Notes under the pieces: generated by a model | What the model was told of the DNA's origin: nothing | The model's database searches: none | The model's input: only the letters and a program-made list of their open reading frames with translations | Program-made: the position numbers and the translations under genes | Part shown: one piece after another, positions 48,802 to 59,488 of the stretch | Layout of the letters: every line of letters begins with the position of its first letter | Position numbering within the stretch: the first letter of the stretch is position 1 | DNA from: Alphaproteobacteria bacterium | Lineage (GTDB): Bacteria; Pseudomonadota; Alphaproteobacteria; JAAXGF01 | Assembly (NCBI GenBank): GCA_965218865.1 | Contig: CBDCME010000062.1 | Coordinates: 91,671-155,670 of the forward strand | Reading direction: 5' to 3' | Length of the DNA: 64,000 nt

Positions 48802-49239
48802 ATGCGGCTGCTACTTTCTTTCCTTCTTCTCGTGATAGCCTCCTTACCGGCGCTTTCGAGCGAGGCGCGCATCGGAAGCGTCAAGAAAATCAAGGGTGAC
48901 GCGTCGATCGTGCGGGAGGGGACAAAGAACCCCGCCGCCGTCGGTGACGTGGTCCGCCAATTCGACGTTCTGGAAACCGGCGAAGGGGCGTCCATGGGCG
49001 TGACCTTCATCGACGAGACCATGGTTTCGATCGGTCCGGATTCGCAGCTTATTGTCGACGAATACGTTTTCGATCCGGGCGCCGAGGAATATTCCTTCGT
49101 TTCGCGCATGGCGCGGGGAACCATGTTCTTCGTTGCCGGCGTGATGAGCAAATTGTCGCCCGACGCCGCCTCGGTCGTCACCACGCGGGGCGTGATCGCA
49201 ATTCGCGGAACCCGCTTTATGGTGCGTGTCGACGACTGA
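48802..49239 (+). CDS. FecR-domain periplasmic protein
   Basis: Signal peptide MRLLLSFLLLVIASLPALS; ...GSVKKIKGDASIVREG...GDVVRQFDVLETGEGASMGVTF... resembles the FecR/anti-sigma sensor domain. No sigma factor gene adjacent. Confidence 0.45.
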   Translation: MRLLLSFLLLVIASLPALSSEARIGSVKKIKGDASIVREGTKNPAAVGDVVRQFDVLETGEGASMGVTFIDETMVSIGPDSQLIVDEYVFDPGAEEYSFVSRMARGTMFFVAGVMSKLSPDAASVVTTRGVIAIRGTRFMVRVDD

Positions 49240-49437
49240 TCGGGTTGGACGGAAAACGCTTCCGGGACGCGGCCATCGTTACTTCTCCGTGAAGTGGATG
49301 GTGCTTCCGCTTTCTCCCCGTTGTAGGCGTTGATGATGGAATTTGATCAGAGGATCGTCGGGAAATTTTTCCAAGGCAATCGCGAAGGCGGCGAGCGCCC
49401 CCGGGTCGTTCGCTTTCATCTTTCGGTACGCGTCCTT

Positions 49438-51582
49438 TTACACCACAACCGCGTCCGAGCGGCTTTCTTCCAACGTTAACGGCTCGAACGCCTCGACGGT
49501 TTCGATCTTGCCCTTCAAAACGAGCCCGCCGATTGGACGTCCGACGAATTGGGGATAATCCCCCCCACCTTCCTTTTCCGCCTCCTTCCTGGATTGCTCG
49601 TTCATATTGTCGACCGTCGTTCGGGCCACGCACATGCGGGTCTCTAGTTGCTTATTCACTGTCTCCAAACGGGACGCGGTGTTGACGGTGTCGCCGAGCG
49701 CCCGATAGTCGAAAAAATTGTTGCCCCCAAAATTGCCGATGATCACCCAGCCGGTATTGACGCCGATTCGCGTCATACCGAGGGCAATACCTTTTTTCGA
49801 CAATTGTTCGGAGGCGTAATCACGGGCACATTTGTCCATGTCCAGGGCGCACTCGACGGCGCGCTTGGCGTGGTCACCTTGGCGCAGGGGGGCCGAAAAC
49901 ATCACGGCCACGGCGTCACCGATGATCCTGTCGATGGTCCCATCGTGATCGAAGGCGACCTTGACCATGCGATCGATGTATTCGTTCAGGAGCGTTACGA
50001 CATCGATGTCCTCGCTCTTGGATCTTTCGATGAACCCGGTAAAGCCGGCCAGGTCGGTCAGGACGAAGCTGCATTCGCGATTCTCGCCGGTCAATTTGAG
50101 CTGATCCTTGTTCCTGATCAGGTGGTCGACGAGATTCGGCGAGATGTATTTGGCGAAGGCGTCGCGAATCCATTGCTGCTGCCGCTCGGTGTCCATGTGA
50201 CACGGGATCGAAGTGCAAATGTAAATCGCCGCCACGGTAATTGACGGGAAAAGCGGATCGAAAAGCTACCGAAGTTCCGTGAAGGCATACCAGGACGTGC
50301 CCCAGGCCGCGGCCACGGCGGCGATGCCAAGGATCGCGGACCACAGGGCTCCAAAGCGCGGAAAAAAAATTATGAACGCCAACCACAACACGGCAACGAA
50401 TATCGCTTCCGTCGCGTCGGCCCCGATCGGACGGGTGAGATACGACCTTAGCATGAGCTGTTCGATTGCCTGAGCGTGGGCCTCGACACCTGGAACTATC
50501 GTTCCCAAGGGGCTGGCGCGCAAATCCATCAGGCCAGGTGCGGACGAGCCTACGAGAACGACCGAGTTCTTGAAAATTTCGCCGGAAATTTTCTTATCGT
50601 CGGGGATTTCGTCGAACAATCTCCAAGCGGAAATGTAACGTTCCTCGACACTAGGCGTAAAATGCATCCAAACCCGACCGTGCTTGTCGGTTGGAATTCG
50701 CAGGCGCCCCAACCTTACCCGCTCGATGCCGAGATTCTCTCGCCCCTCTACTTTATGGCCGGGTGCCCCCATCGCAACGCGGAGCGCTTCCAGGGCCAAG
50801 GAGGGGTAGATCAAACCCTTGAATTCCGAACCCTGAAATTTGCGTAGCAACTCCGCGTAACGGACGACCCCATCCTTCGAATCGAAGCTGACGGAGGCGT
50901 TTCCCGCGGCGGACTTTTCCAGCACCGGCAGGGAACGGACGGTGCCTTGGTTGTCGGGTTCTACAAATAACTTCCAGTTTTTGAATCCGCTGATACTCGA
51001 CTTGTTGGCGGGTCTCCCTCCGTCGTTGTGTTCTGATTCCAAGGCAAAACCGAGAACGACCCGGCCGCCGGCAATCGCATCCGCGAAGATTTGGTCGTGA
51101 TCCGGCCTCTGTTCCAGCAACTGCCTCAGCTCCGCGTTGTCGTCGAAACTCCGCGCAAGCAGAGGCGGCGAGGTTCGGTCCGGCTCGGCGAGAATGATGT
51201 CGAATTCGATGGCCGCCGCGCCGAATTCGTCACGGAGTCGGTGGATCAAATCGGCCAAACGAGTCCGGGGCCAGGGCCACTGACCGAGCCGGTCGAGGCT
51301 CTCCTCGTCAATGTCGACGATGCGAACGCGTAGAGGTGTGTACTGTCTCGGGGACACTCTTTGATATTGATCGAAAAGGCGATTCCTCAAAGGTTCGATA
51401 AATTCCGGCGCCCGCAGATGAACCAACAGCGACCCGAGGAGGACGAGCAATGACAGCCAAACGTGGGCATTTCCCAGGTTGGGTATGAAGGTCCGCCAAG
51501 TGAGCCGGATCCTCACGGACTGCAAAATTTCGGCAAACCGCAGCATGCCGGCGATGGCGCCCTGATTAGGGCCGGATGTCAA
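49438..51582 (-). pseudogene. CHASE2-domain sensor adenylate/guanylate cyclase split by an in-frame amber stop (TAG at 50266-50268)
   Basis: ORF 50266-51582 has a CHASE2 extracytoplasmic domain plus TM helices. ORF 49438-50235 has a class III nucleotidyl cyclase domain (...FVLTDLAGFTGF...RIIGDAVAVMF...RIGVNTGWVIIGNFG...). Both are in the same frame, separated by ...WYAFTELR-TAG-LFDPLFPSITVAAIY.... Confidence 0.65.
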
Positions 51583-51781
51583 GCCCCAAGGGGAGCCGCG
51601 CGGGTATTGCCGCGGGAGCGAAAGTTAAATCAAAATCTGGTGTTGTCCGCTATCCAAGCTTATGGCAGATAATAGAAACTTCGGGGCCAATGTGTTATAG
51701 GACGATGTTATCCGCCGATTCCGAGGATCAGGCAGCGCGCTAGACAACGGACAATGTCCAGCGAGGAAGGCAAGGATACAC

Positions 51782-52642
51782 ATGTTTAATCCCACCGAGC
51801 TGGTGATAAATAAATTTGTTGAGAACTTGCGAGGAAATTACCTTCGCACATACGGCATTCTTGAACCCGAATATCCCAATATTATCGCTTTTATCGGCCG
51901 ATTGGCGCTAGAGAATATCGCCAACAGCGACGCGCCCTACCACGATATGAATCACACGATCATGGTGGTCCAGGTCGGCGAGGAGATTTTGAAGGGTGAA
52001 CACATTTCCGAGGGCGGGGTGTCCCCAAGTGACTGGTTTCATTTCGTCATATCCCTGTTGTGTCACGACATCGGCTACGTGCGCGGCGTATGCCGCGGGG
52101 ACCGACCGGGCAAGTACGTGACCAACGCGAAGGGAGAAACGGTGGAGGTAAAGCCGGGGGCGACCGACGCGGCGATGACCCCTTATCACGTCAATCGCTC
52201 CGAACTCTTCGTGAGGGAACGGTTCGGCCACGTCAAGATGATCGATTGCGACGAAATCGTCGCCAACATCGAGCATACCCGCTTTCCGGTTCCCGACAGC
52301 ACAAACTATCAGGATACGGGGACCTATCCCGGCCTGATACGCGCCGCCGATTTGATCGGCCAAATGGCCGACATCAGTTATATCCGCAAGGTCGGAGCCC
52401 TGTACGCGGAATTTTGCGAAACAGGTATTGCCGAGAGCCTAGGTTATACCAGCCCGGCCGACCTGCGCGCGGCGTACCCGAAGTTTTTCTGGCAAGTGGT
52501 GACGCCGTTTATCGGCGATGGTCTGGAATATTTGATGGTGACCCAGGAAGGCAAATTGTGGGTGGCGTCCCTTTACGCCCACGTTTTCTCCGAGGAGCAC
52601 AAGACGACGAGCTTAGGGCCGGAACGCGCCGCGAAAGGCTGA
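51782..52642 (+). CDS. HD-domain phosphohydrolase family protein
   Basis: ...HDMNHTIMVVQVGEEIL... and ...LLCHDIGYVRG... provide the H..HD motif. Confidence 0.5.
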   Translation: MFNPTELVINKFVENLRGNYLRTYGILEPEYPNIIAFIGRLALENIANSDAPYHDMNHTIMVVQVGEEILKGEHISEGGVSPSDWFHFVISLLCHDIGYVRGVCRGDRPGKYVTNAKGETVEVKPGATDAAMTPYHVNRSELFVRERFGHVKMIDCDEIVANIEHTRFPVPDSTNYQDTGTYPGLIRAADLIGQMADISYIRKVGALYAEFCETGIAESLGYTSPADLRAAYPKFFWQVVTPFIGDGLEYLMVTQEGKLWVASLYAHVFSEEHKTTSLGPERAAKG

Positions 52643-52705
52643 CGTTACCACCGCTTACCGGTGCCGGTTTCCGGCCCTAACGTTCGAATTCTCTCCCGGC
52701 CGGCG

Positions 52706-53041
52706 CTAGAATCGCGCGCCGTGCCGCCTGCTGGCGGAACGACCCGCCCGCCGTGTATCCGTACCGAGGGAAACTGTCAGGCGGCCGCCGGGAAGCCTGT
52801 TGACGAAGGCTTTGACCCGGGTTTGGGTCGCGCTGTCGGTGACGAACTTGAGGTGCGTCATCCCGTCGGCTGTGCCGACGACGATGGCTTCCAACTGGCC
52901 CGGGAGGCCCTCGACTTCCACCATTACATGCGATAGCAGGGGTTGGTCCACGGCGATGTTGACGGCGCCACCAAGCGAAATGTTCTGAAGCACGCAGGCT
53001 TGGCGTTGCTCTCCCACCTGCAGGCAGGCGGCGAGGTTCAT
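52706..53041 (-). CDS. PilZ-domain protein (c-di-GMP binding)
   Basis: ...GEQRQACVLQNISLGGAVNIAV...VEVEGLPGQLEAIVV... fits the RxxxR/DxSxxG PilZ motifs. Start set at MNLAACL. Confidence 0.5.
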   Translation of the reverse strand: MNLAACLQVGEQRQACVLQNISLGGAVNIAVDQPLLSHVMVEVEGLPGQLEAIVVGTADGMTHLKFVTDSATQTRVKAFVNRLPGGRLTVSLGTDTRRAGRSASRRHGARF

Positions 53042-53513
53042 ACTTGCCGGGACACTCACCGATGTCGCGAATGCCTCCGGCGTCCTCCAGGGTCTTCCAT
53101 CGACCAATGGGGACCCTCCCTCGTAATCCGGTTTGCCGAGGGCCCGATCTGGCCGGCCTCGATGATGCGGTTGAGGGATGATTTCAACTGCGCGAAGACG
53201 CCCGCGACTGCTGACTGCGATGAAGATTTCATTCTCTATACCTTCACTCTCGGAACGGTCGGCCCATGGATTCGGACCCGTTCGGCCCAACCGAAAACGG
53301 TTCGACCGCTGGATCCGCTTTTGGTATCAGGCCAAGATTGATTTTAGGTTAATTCCGATTTCGCGCGCGGCACGGTTGAAGAGCGAGGCTCATCCGGAAT
53401 AGGGGCCGGATCGCGGGGCGGACGGGCGTAGTGGGCGGGGGAGCGCCGGCGGGGATTTTTTAGCCGCCATATTGAGTTTTTCCCTCGGTGTGGGATAAGC
53501 CTGGGCCAATCGA

Positions 53514-54908
53514 ATGTTGGTTATTGCGATGATGGAACACTTTGTCGAGAAAACCGAAGCGGGGTCCGTGCCCATAACGCCGTTGTCCCCGGAATTCCTG
53601 CCGGAATGGCGGTGCCGACAGCCTGATTCCCTGCAAGCATGGATCTACGCCACCAACTTTTCGGCCGACAAGGGGACGATCTGTCTGGTGCCCGCCGCCG
53701 ATGGCAGTCTGGGATCCGTCTTGGTCGGGGTCGCGAGGGCGCCCGATTTGTGGAGCCTCGCTGGTTTGCCCCAGGCCTTGCCGCCGGGTGATTATCGGTT
53801 GGATTCGTCTTTTCCGCCTCTAGACGCCGACAAGGCGGCGCTGGGTTGGGCCTTGGGCGGTTACCGCTTCACGCGCTATGTCGCGCCGTTGAATGTTCTC
53901 GCCAGGCTGGTCTGGCCTCGATGTTGCGATCGGGATTGGGTCGAAAATGTCGCCGAATCGATCAATCTCGTGCGCGACCTGATCAACACCCCGGCCGAGG
54001 CAATGGGGCCGGCCGAACTCGCCGAGGCCGCGACCACGTTGGCAAGAGCCAACCAGGCCGAGATTCGCGTTCTCGCGGGTGACGCCCTGGTGGCGGAAAA
54101 CTTTCCGGCCGTCCACGCCGTCGGTCGAGCGAGCAGCCGGGAACCCCGCTTGATCGATATGTGCTGGGGAAGCGGCGAGGCTCCGAAGGTGACCCTGGTC
54201 GGCAAGGGTGTTTGCTTCGATTCGGGCGGCCTCGATCTCAAACCCGCCCGCGGGATGATCCTCATGAAAAAGGACATGGGCGGCGGGGCGCTGGTTTTGG
54301 GTCTGGCGCGGCTCATCATGGCGGCGGGATTGAGAGTCCGTCTCAGGGTTCTCGTTCCAGCCGTCGAGAACAGCGTGGCCGGCAACGCGATGCGTCCCCT
54401 CGACGTGATCGAGAGTCGCAAGGGACTGACGATCGAAGTCGGCAATACCGACACCGAGGGGCGTTTGATCCTGGCCGACGCCTTGGCCGAGGCCGACCGC
54501 GAAAAACCCGATCTGTTGATCGATTGCGCGACGCTTACGGGCGCCGCGCGGGTGGCGCTCGGCCCCGACGTTCCGGCGATGTTTACCCCGGACGACACAC
54601 TCGCCGAGGAACTGGCGGTCCACGCCGGGGCCGAGGCGGATCCCCTCTGGCGACTGCCCCTGTGGGCACCCTACCGGGAAATGCTGGCGAGCAAGGTGGC
54701 CGATCTCAACAACGTCGCCGACGGTCCCTTCGCGGGTGCCATCACCGCGGCCCTCTTTCTCAAGGAATTCGTTACCGAAACCCGCCGATGGGTCCACTTG
54801 GACATGATGGCCTGGAACGCGAAAGCGCGCCCGGGGCGCCCGGTGGGCGGGGAAGCGATGGGGTTGCGGGCGCTCTTTGCGTTGATCCGGGCCCGTTACG
54901 GCGCCTGA
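53514..54908 (+). CDS. pepA: leucyl aminopeptidase (M17 family)
   Basis: C-terminal catalytic domain with NTDTEGRLILADALAEA (M17 signature NTDAEGRL) and Zn-ligand context ...GKGVCFDSGGLDLK.... Confidence 0.8.
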   Translation: MLVIAMMEHFVEKTEAGSVPITPLSPEFLPEWRCRQPDSLQAWIYATNFSADKGTICLVPAADGSLGSVLVGVARAPDLWSLAGLPQALPPGDYRLDSSFPPLDADKAALGWALGGYRFTRYVAPLNVLARLVWPRCCDRDWVENVAESINLVRDLINTPAEAMGPAELAEAATTLARANQAEIRVLAGDALVAENFPAVHAVGRASSREPRLIDMCWGSGEAPKVTLVGKGVCFDSGGLDLKPARGMILMKKDMGGGALVLGLARLIMAAGLRVRLRVLVPAVENSVAGNAMRPLDVIESRKGLTIEVGNTDTEGRLILADALAEADREKPDLLIDCATLTGAARVALGPDVPAMFTPDDTLAEELAVHAGAEADPLWRLPLWAPYREMLASKVADLNNVADGPFAGAITAALFLKEFVTETRRWVHLDMMAWNAKARPGRPVGGEAMGLRALFALIRARYGA

Positions 54909-55032
54909 CACAGCCGCCGGAATCGATTCGAGACCGAAACGATGCTAATATGACCGGGAGTACACGCACGGGTGTCGACGATGTCGATCGGTGCCGGCGC
55001 ACGTGGTTGGAACGGTCGAATAGGAGGTGCCG

Positions 55033-55611
55033 ATGGGGTTGGAACTCCTCCCAATATTGCTTGTTTTCCTTGTCCTCGCGATTTGGGCCAAGAACAACAT
55101 CAAGAAGCGGATAAGACAGGCGGCACGTTCCGGCGCCGGCGAGAAGAGCGGCCTTTTTCGTCGGCAGGACTCGAGGGGATACCACGACGATCCCTTCGAG
55201 GAAAAATGGGAGATGTACGTGAAGTACGATCCCCGCGTTCAGGCCGCGATCGAAACGGTCAAACCGGCCGGGCCGGCCGGTCTCGCGGAACTGAAGGCTG
55301 CCTTCAAGGGGGTCTCCGACGATCGCTCCAGGATCGCTGAACTCGCGGCGAAGATCGTGCGTGACCGGCGGTCGGAGCGGGCCGCACCGAGGCCTCCCCG
55401 GGGGAGGGCCGCGACCCCGGCTCCGAAGGCCGCGAGAGCGCCCGAGGCGAAGGCTGGCCAACGCCCGCGCCCAACGACGGCAAAGAAGCAAGAAAGCGCG
55501 CCGACCCCGAAGCGGCCAAGCAAGCCATCCGCCGCCCCGCGATCGGCTTCGGCGCCACGGCCCAAGGAGCCGAAAGCGGCGGTTCGCGATCCACCAGCAA
55601 ACAGCGGCTGA
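55033..55611 (+). CDS. hypothetical membrane-anchored protein with Ala/Pro/Lys-rich low-complexity tail
   Basis: N-terminal TM LELLPILLVFLVLAIWA; C-terminal ...AAPRPPRGRAATPAPKAARAPEAKAGQRPRPTTAKKQESAPTPKRPSKPSAAPR.... Confidence 0.35.
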   Translation: MGLELLPILLVFLVLAIWAKNNIKKRIRQAARSGAGEKSGLFRRQDSRGYHDDPFEEKWEMYVKYDPRVQAAIETVKPAGPAGLAELKAAFKGVSDDRSRIAELAAKIVRDRRSERAAPRPPRGRAATPAPKAARAPEAKAGQRPRPTTAKKQESAPTPKRPSKPSAAPRSASAPRPKEPKAAVRDPPANSG

Positions 55612-56033
55612 CCAGGGGTCAACCCACCCGAAGTGCGTTCGTCCGGGCGGTTGGCCCTCGGGAAGGCGCGCGCCTTACTTCGCAACAAAGTTTCGACAAC
55701 GTCAACTTCGACGAAGGGCGAGCGAGACCGCTGCCGCGATGGCGTATGCCGGTATGTTCGACTTGCGTCCCATTGTGAGTCCTCCGTCCTTGATTGATCC
55801 CCGGCCCATGGAAAGGCGCTGGCTCGAGGCGGCATGACCAATCGCATTGCCCGCGGCCACCGGGATCTCTAAATGGGAACCGCGAGGTGCACCGACAAAC
55901 GGTTTCTCTCCCGATCACAACTCGGTGAGCGCCGGTTTCAGGCGACGCTGGCGACACTCGACGACAGCGGTTAAGATCGTCGCCGTCGGTTTTCCGACCC
56001 GCGGGTTTGGCCTACGGTAGGCGGGAGGACGCC

Positions 56034-56666
56034 ATGGCGCTGGAAAAGCTTTTCGACACCGAGTTCAGGCACGATCGTCCGGAGGTGCCGCGCAAGTCGG
56101 CCGCCGAACTGGAAAATCAAAAACTTCTGGCCGCGATCGTTTGCGGCGACAAGGCGGTCGCGGTGCGAGCCGCGGCGGCGCGGCGTCTCGACGATCAACG
56201 GTTGCTCGCCGATCTCGTCCGCCGGGACTCGGCGTCGGAGGTCCGCGAGGCCGCGGTCGAACGGCTCAGGGACGGTAAAATTCTGGCCAAGATCGCGACC
56301 AGCGACAAGGCCCTCGGAGTCCGAAAGTGTGCCGCGGACCGCGTCGATGACCAGCGCACCCTGGCCGCGATTGCCCGCGACGACAAAGACGCCGAAGTCC
56401 GTGAGGCCGCCGTCTTGCGGCTTAAGGACCAGGAATTTCTGGCTTACCTGGCGATCGCGGACGAGGACGCGCGGGTGCGCCGGGCCGCCGCGATGTGCCT
56501 GAATACCCAGGACCATCTCGCAAAGCTGGCGCGAACCGCCTCCGATGCGGACGTCCGCGCCGCCGCGGTCGCCCGCCTCGACGACCAAAAGCTGCTGGCC
56601 CAGCTCGCCATCAGCGACAAGAGCGAAGCCGTCCGCGTCAAGGCCATCCACCGCCTCCGCACCTGA
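56034..56666 (+). CDS. HEAT/PBS-lyase-like repeat protein (seven ~31-aa repeats)
   Basis: Tandem repeats of LLAxIAxxDKxxxVRxAAxxRLxDQ (e.g. LLAAIVCGDKAVAVRAAAARRLDDQ; LLAQLAISDKSEAVRVKAIHRLRT). Confidence 0.6.
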   Translation: MALEKLFDTEFRHDRPEVPRKSAAELENQKLLAAIVCGDKAVAVRAAAARRLDDQRLLADLVRRDSASEVREAAVERLRDGKILAKIATSDKALGVRKCAADRVDDQRTLAAIARDDKDAEVREAAVLRLKDQEFLAYLAIADEDARVRRAAAMCLNTQDHLAKLARTASDADVRAAAVARLDDQKLLAQLAISDKSEAVRVKAIHRLRT

Positions 56667-56726
56667 AATCAGTAAACTGTCGCCGCATTACATTACAACC
56701 GGGGACAGTTTACTGATTCTTTGAGG

Positions 56727-57239
56727 CTAGAACAGTTTGTGGAAGGGTATGGCGTAGGTGAGGACGAGGGAATTTACGCCGGGATTGTCGTCGTCGATGC
56801 TGGCGTTGGAGATGTGGCTGATGGCGACGCCGAGGCGCGAGCGGTCGTCGAAGCGGTAGGCGATTTCGAAGGCCGAGCGGAACTTGAGGACATGGCCGAG
56901 GTCCTTGCTGTTGCCTTCGGCGTAGCCCCCGATCGCGAAGGTGGGGGTGACGACGAACCGGCGGCCGAGGAAGATGTCGAGATAGATTCCGCCGAAGCCG
57001 TAGACCCCGCCGTCGGAATTGGCCATCAGGCCGACGAAGGGGCCGATATGGTAGAGTTTCTTGTCCGAGCGGTATTCATAGCGGAACTCGGCGCTCGTCT
57101 CGTCGTCGTCGAAGTCAAACACCCCGGCGCTGAGAGCGAGGAAATCGGGGTCCTCGGCCCGGACTGCCCCCGGTGCCGCGATCATGAGCGTGGCCAGCGC
57201 CGCCATCACCAGCGCCGCTATCGACGAGTTTCGTGGCAA
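56727..57239 (-). CDS. small outer-membrane beta-barrel protein, acyloxyacyl hydrolase/PagL-like
   Basis: Signal peptide, 8-strand-sized barrel (170 aa), C-terminal ...LVLTYAIPFHKLF. Resembles the lipid A 3-O-deacylase family; assignment tentative. Confidence 0.35.
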   Translation of the reverse strand: MPRNSSIAALVMAALATLMIAAPGAVRAEDPDFLALSAGVFDFDDDETSAEFRYEYRSDKKLYHIGPFVGLMANSDGGVYGFGGIYLDIFLGRRFVVTPTFAIGGYAEGNSKDLGHVLKFRSAFEIAYRFDDRSRLGVAISHISNASIDDDNPGVNSLVLTYAIPFHKLF

Positions 57240-57473
57240 CCCGATGTTCCTCCTGGTCTCTGGTCAAGAAAGGAGCTGACAGGCTGGCTAAAGGTCCGCG
57301 GCTTCGAAGTGACGCGATTTCACCTTCCCGCTTGATCTCAGACAACCGCGTCACGGAATCCGGGATGACCAGCGGGAACGCTCGTCCATCAATTCGGCTC
57401 GGCCTTCTGTCCCCCTAATCTCCATTTCCGGCTCAGTTTACGCGATTGTGGCCCATGAACGAAAGGGTCTCCA

Positions 57474-57610
57474 AGAGTCTTTTCGAAAAGGCGCGTCCGT
57501 GCATTTTTTGCGTCTGTCCCCGCCCCCTCCCGGCCACCCACGAGAGGTTGCTGATATGGGTGGCCGGGAGGGGGCGGGGACCGGTGCCGCGAGTCTTCGA
57601 ACAGTCTCTT
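57474..57610 (-). repeat. MITE-A copy e (reverse orientation, compensatory stem variant)
   Basis: GAGTCTTTTCGAAAAGGCGCG...CCCCGCCCCCTCCCGGCCACCCA-loop-TGGGTGGCCGGGAGGGGGCGGGG...CGCGAGTCTTCGAACAGTCTC. Confidence 0.75.
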
Positions 57611-58559
57611 AACCGAGTTTCTTAAATCCTTCCATGGCCTCGACGAGGGCGGCCCGGATGCCGGGTTCCATCGCCGAGTGGCCAGCGTCCGGTATGATCA
57701 GGTATTCCGCCTCGGGCCAGGCCCGGGCCACTTCGTCGGCGGTGACGATCGGACAGACGACGTCGTAGCGCCCCTGGACGATCACCCCCGGAATGGCGCG
57801 CAGGCGCCCGATCTCGGCGAGCAGGGAATTGGCCGGCAAGAAGATCTGATTGCGAAAATAGTGGGCCTCGATCCGGGCCAGGCCCAGGGCTGTGACGTCG
57901 CGGGAGAACTCGGCCATCGTCGCGGGCGAGGGCAATAGGGTCGAACTGGCGCCCTCGTACCTGCTCCAGGCCCTTGCGGCCGGCATGTGGACGGTGGGGT
58001 CCGGGTCGATCAACCGGCGATGGTAGGCTTCCAGTAGATCACCGCGCTCCTGTTCCGGAACCGCTTCGGTGAAGTACCGCCATTCCTCCGGAAAGATGTT
58101 TCCGATGCGGTAGAGAAACCACGTGATCTCGCTCGGCCGGCAGAGAAAAATTCCGCGCAGCACCAGGCCGAGGCAGGCTTCGGGATGGCTTTCCGCGTAG
58201 GCGATGGCGAGGGTCGAACCCCAGGATCCCCCGAACACGATCCAGCGCGCGATCCCGAGGCTGTTCCGGAGCCGTTCGAGGTCGGCGATCAGATCCGGCG
58301 TCGTGTTGTCGGTGATCTCGCCGAGCGGGAGCGAGCGGCCGGCGCCGCGCTGATCGAATATCACGATCCGGTAGTGGCCGGGATCGAAGAACCGGCGGTC
58401 GACCGGCCAGGACCCGGCTCCCGGGCCGCCGTGAAGAAAGACGACAGGTACGCCCGTCGGATGGCCGCATTGTTCCCAATAGAGCATGTGGCGCCCGTCG
58501 ACGGCCAGCATTCCCGAAGCAAAGGGCTCGATTTCCGGATAAAGCTCGGGTTCGCGCAC
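57609..58559 (-). CDS. pip: proline iminopeptidase (alpha/beta hydrolase, S33 family)
   Basis: ...VVFLHGGPGAGS...GGSWGSTLAIAYA... (GxSxG nucleophile elbow) and overall S33 prolyl aminopeptidase similarity. Confidence 0.8.
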   Translation of the reverse strand: MREPELYPEIEPFASGMLAVDGRHMLYWEQCGHPTGVPVVFLHGGPGAGSWPVDRRFFDPGHYRIVIFDQRGAGRSLPLGEITDNTTPDLIADLERLRNSLGIARWIVFGGSWGSTLAIAYAESHPEACLGLVLRGIFLCRPSEITWFLYRIGNIFPEEWRYFTEAVPEQERGDLLEAYHRRLIDPDPTVHMPAARAWSRYEGASSTLLPSPATMAEFSRDVTALGLARIEAHYFRNQIFLPANSLLAEIGRLRAIPGVIVQGRYDVVCPIVTADEVARAWPEAEYLIIPDAGHSAMEPGIRAALVEAMEGFKKLG

Positions 58560-58658
58560 GGCCCCTCGACTCCCTCTGGCGGACCGCCATCATAAGGCCG
58601 AGGGGGCGCCTGGCAAGCCGCCAGGCCGCGTTGTCCGGGCCTCGAGCGATGTGATAGT

Positions 58659-59444
58659 TTGGCTGTCATGGGAGGTATCGTCCGGGGCTTGATCGTCGGC
58701 TTCGTTGCCTTTTGGCCGGCGGCTAGCGCGGCGGCCGATCTGGTCGCGGGCGGGTCGGCCCGGGTCATCGAGATCGTGGACGGCGACACCGTGGTTCTCG
58801 ACAACGGCGAGGAGGTCCGCCTGGTCGGCATCCAGGCCCCCAAGCTCCCCTTGGGACGCCCCAATTTTCACTCCTGGCCGCTCGCCGACGAGGCCAAGAA
58901 GACCCTCTCCGATTTTTCGTCCGGCAGAAAAGTGTCGCTTTTCTACGGCAGCCGACAGCGGGACCGTTACGGTCGGCACCTGGCCCATCTGTACCTCGAC
59001 GACGGCACCTGGCTGCAGGGAAAAATGATCCGTCTCGGGTTCGCGCGGGTGTACGGTTTCCGCGATAATCGCGCCCTGCTCGCCGAGCTGCTTGCCCTCG
59101 AAGCGCAAGCGCGGGCGGCGAGGCGCGGAATTTGGACCCACGCCTATTATCGCGTCCGCCCCGCGGAACCTCCCGATTTTACGCGTGATCGCTTTGAACT
59201 CGTGGAGGGGCGCGTGGTCGATGTCGCCATCGTTCGCGGCCGTGGCTATCTGAACTTCGGCGCCGATTGGCGTCACGATTTCACCGCCAGCGTTGCCCCC
59301 AAGAACCTCCGTCTGTTCGAGCGGGAAGGCTTCGATCTCAAGGCTTTGAAGGGGCGCACCGTCCGCGTCCAGGGATGGATAAGATCGTTCAACGGTCCGT
59401 TGATCGACGTCACCCATCCCGAACAGATCGAGGTTTTCCCCTGA
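58659..59444 (+). CDS. thermonuclease (SNase-like) family protein, second paralog
   Basis: ...ARVIEIVDGDTVVLDNGEEVRLVGIQAPK...RYGRHLAHLYLDDGTWLQGKMIRLGFARVY... SNase fold with N-terminal signal/anchor. Confidence 0.55.
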   Translation: MAVMGGIVRGLIVGFVAFWPAASAAADLVAGGSARVIEIVDGDTVVLDNGEEVRLVGIQAPKLPLGRPNFHSWPLADEAKKTLSDFSSGRKVSLFYGSRQRDRYGRHLAHLYLDDGTWLQGKMIRLGFARVYGFRDNRALLAELLALEAQARAARRGIWTHAYYRVRPAEPPDFTRDRFELVEGRVVDVAIVRGRGYLNFGADWRHDFTASVAPKNLRLFEREGFDLKALKGRTVRVQGWIRSFNGPLIDVTHPEQIEVFP

Positions 59445-59488
59445 CCAGGGGCGAATTCTAGATTCGGTGTTTCGGGGCTTATTGGTAA

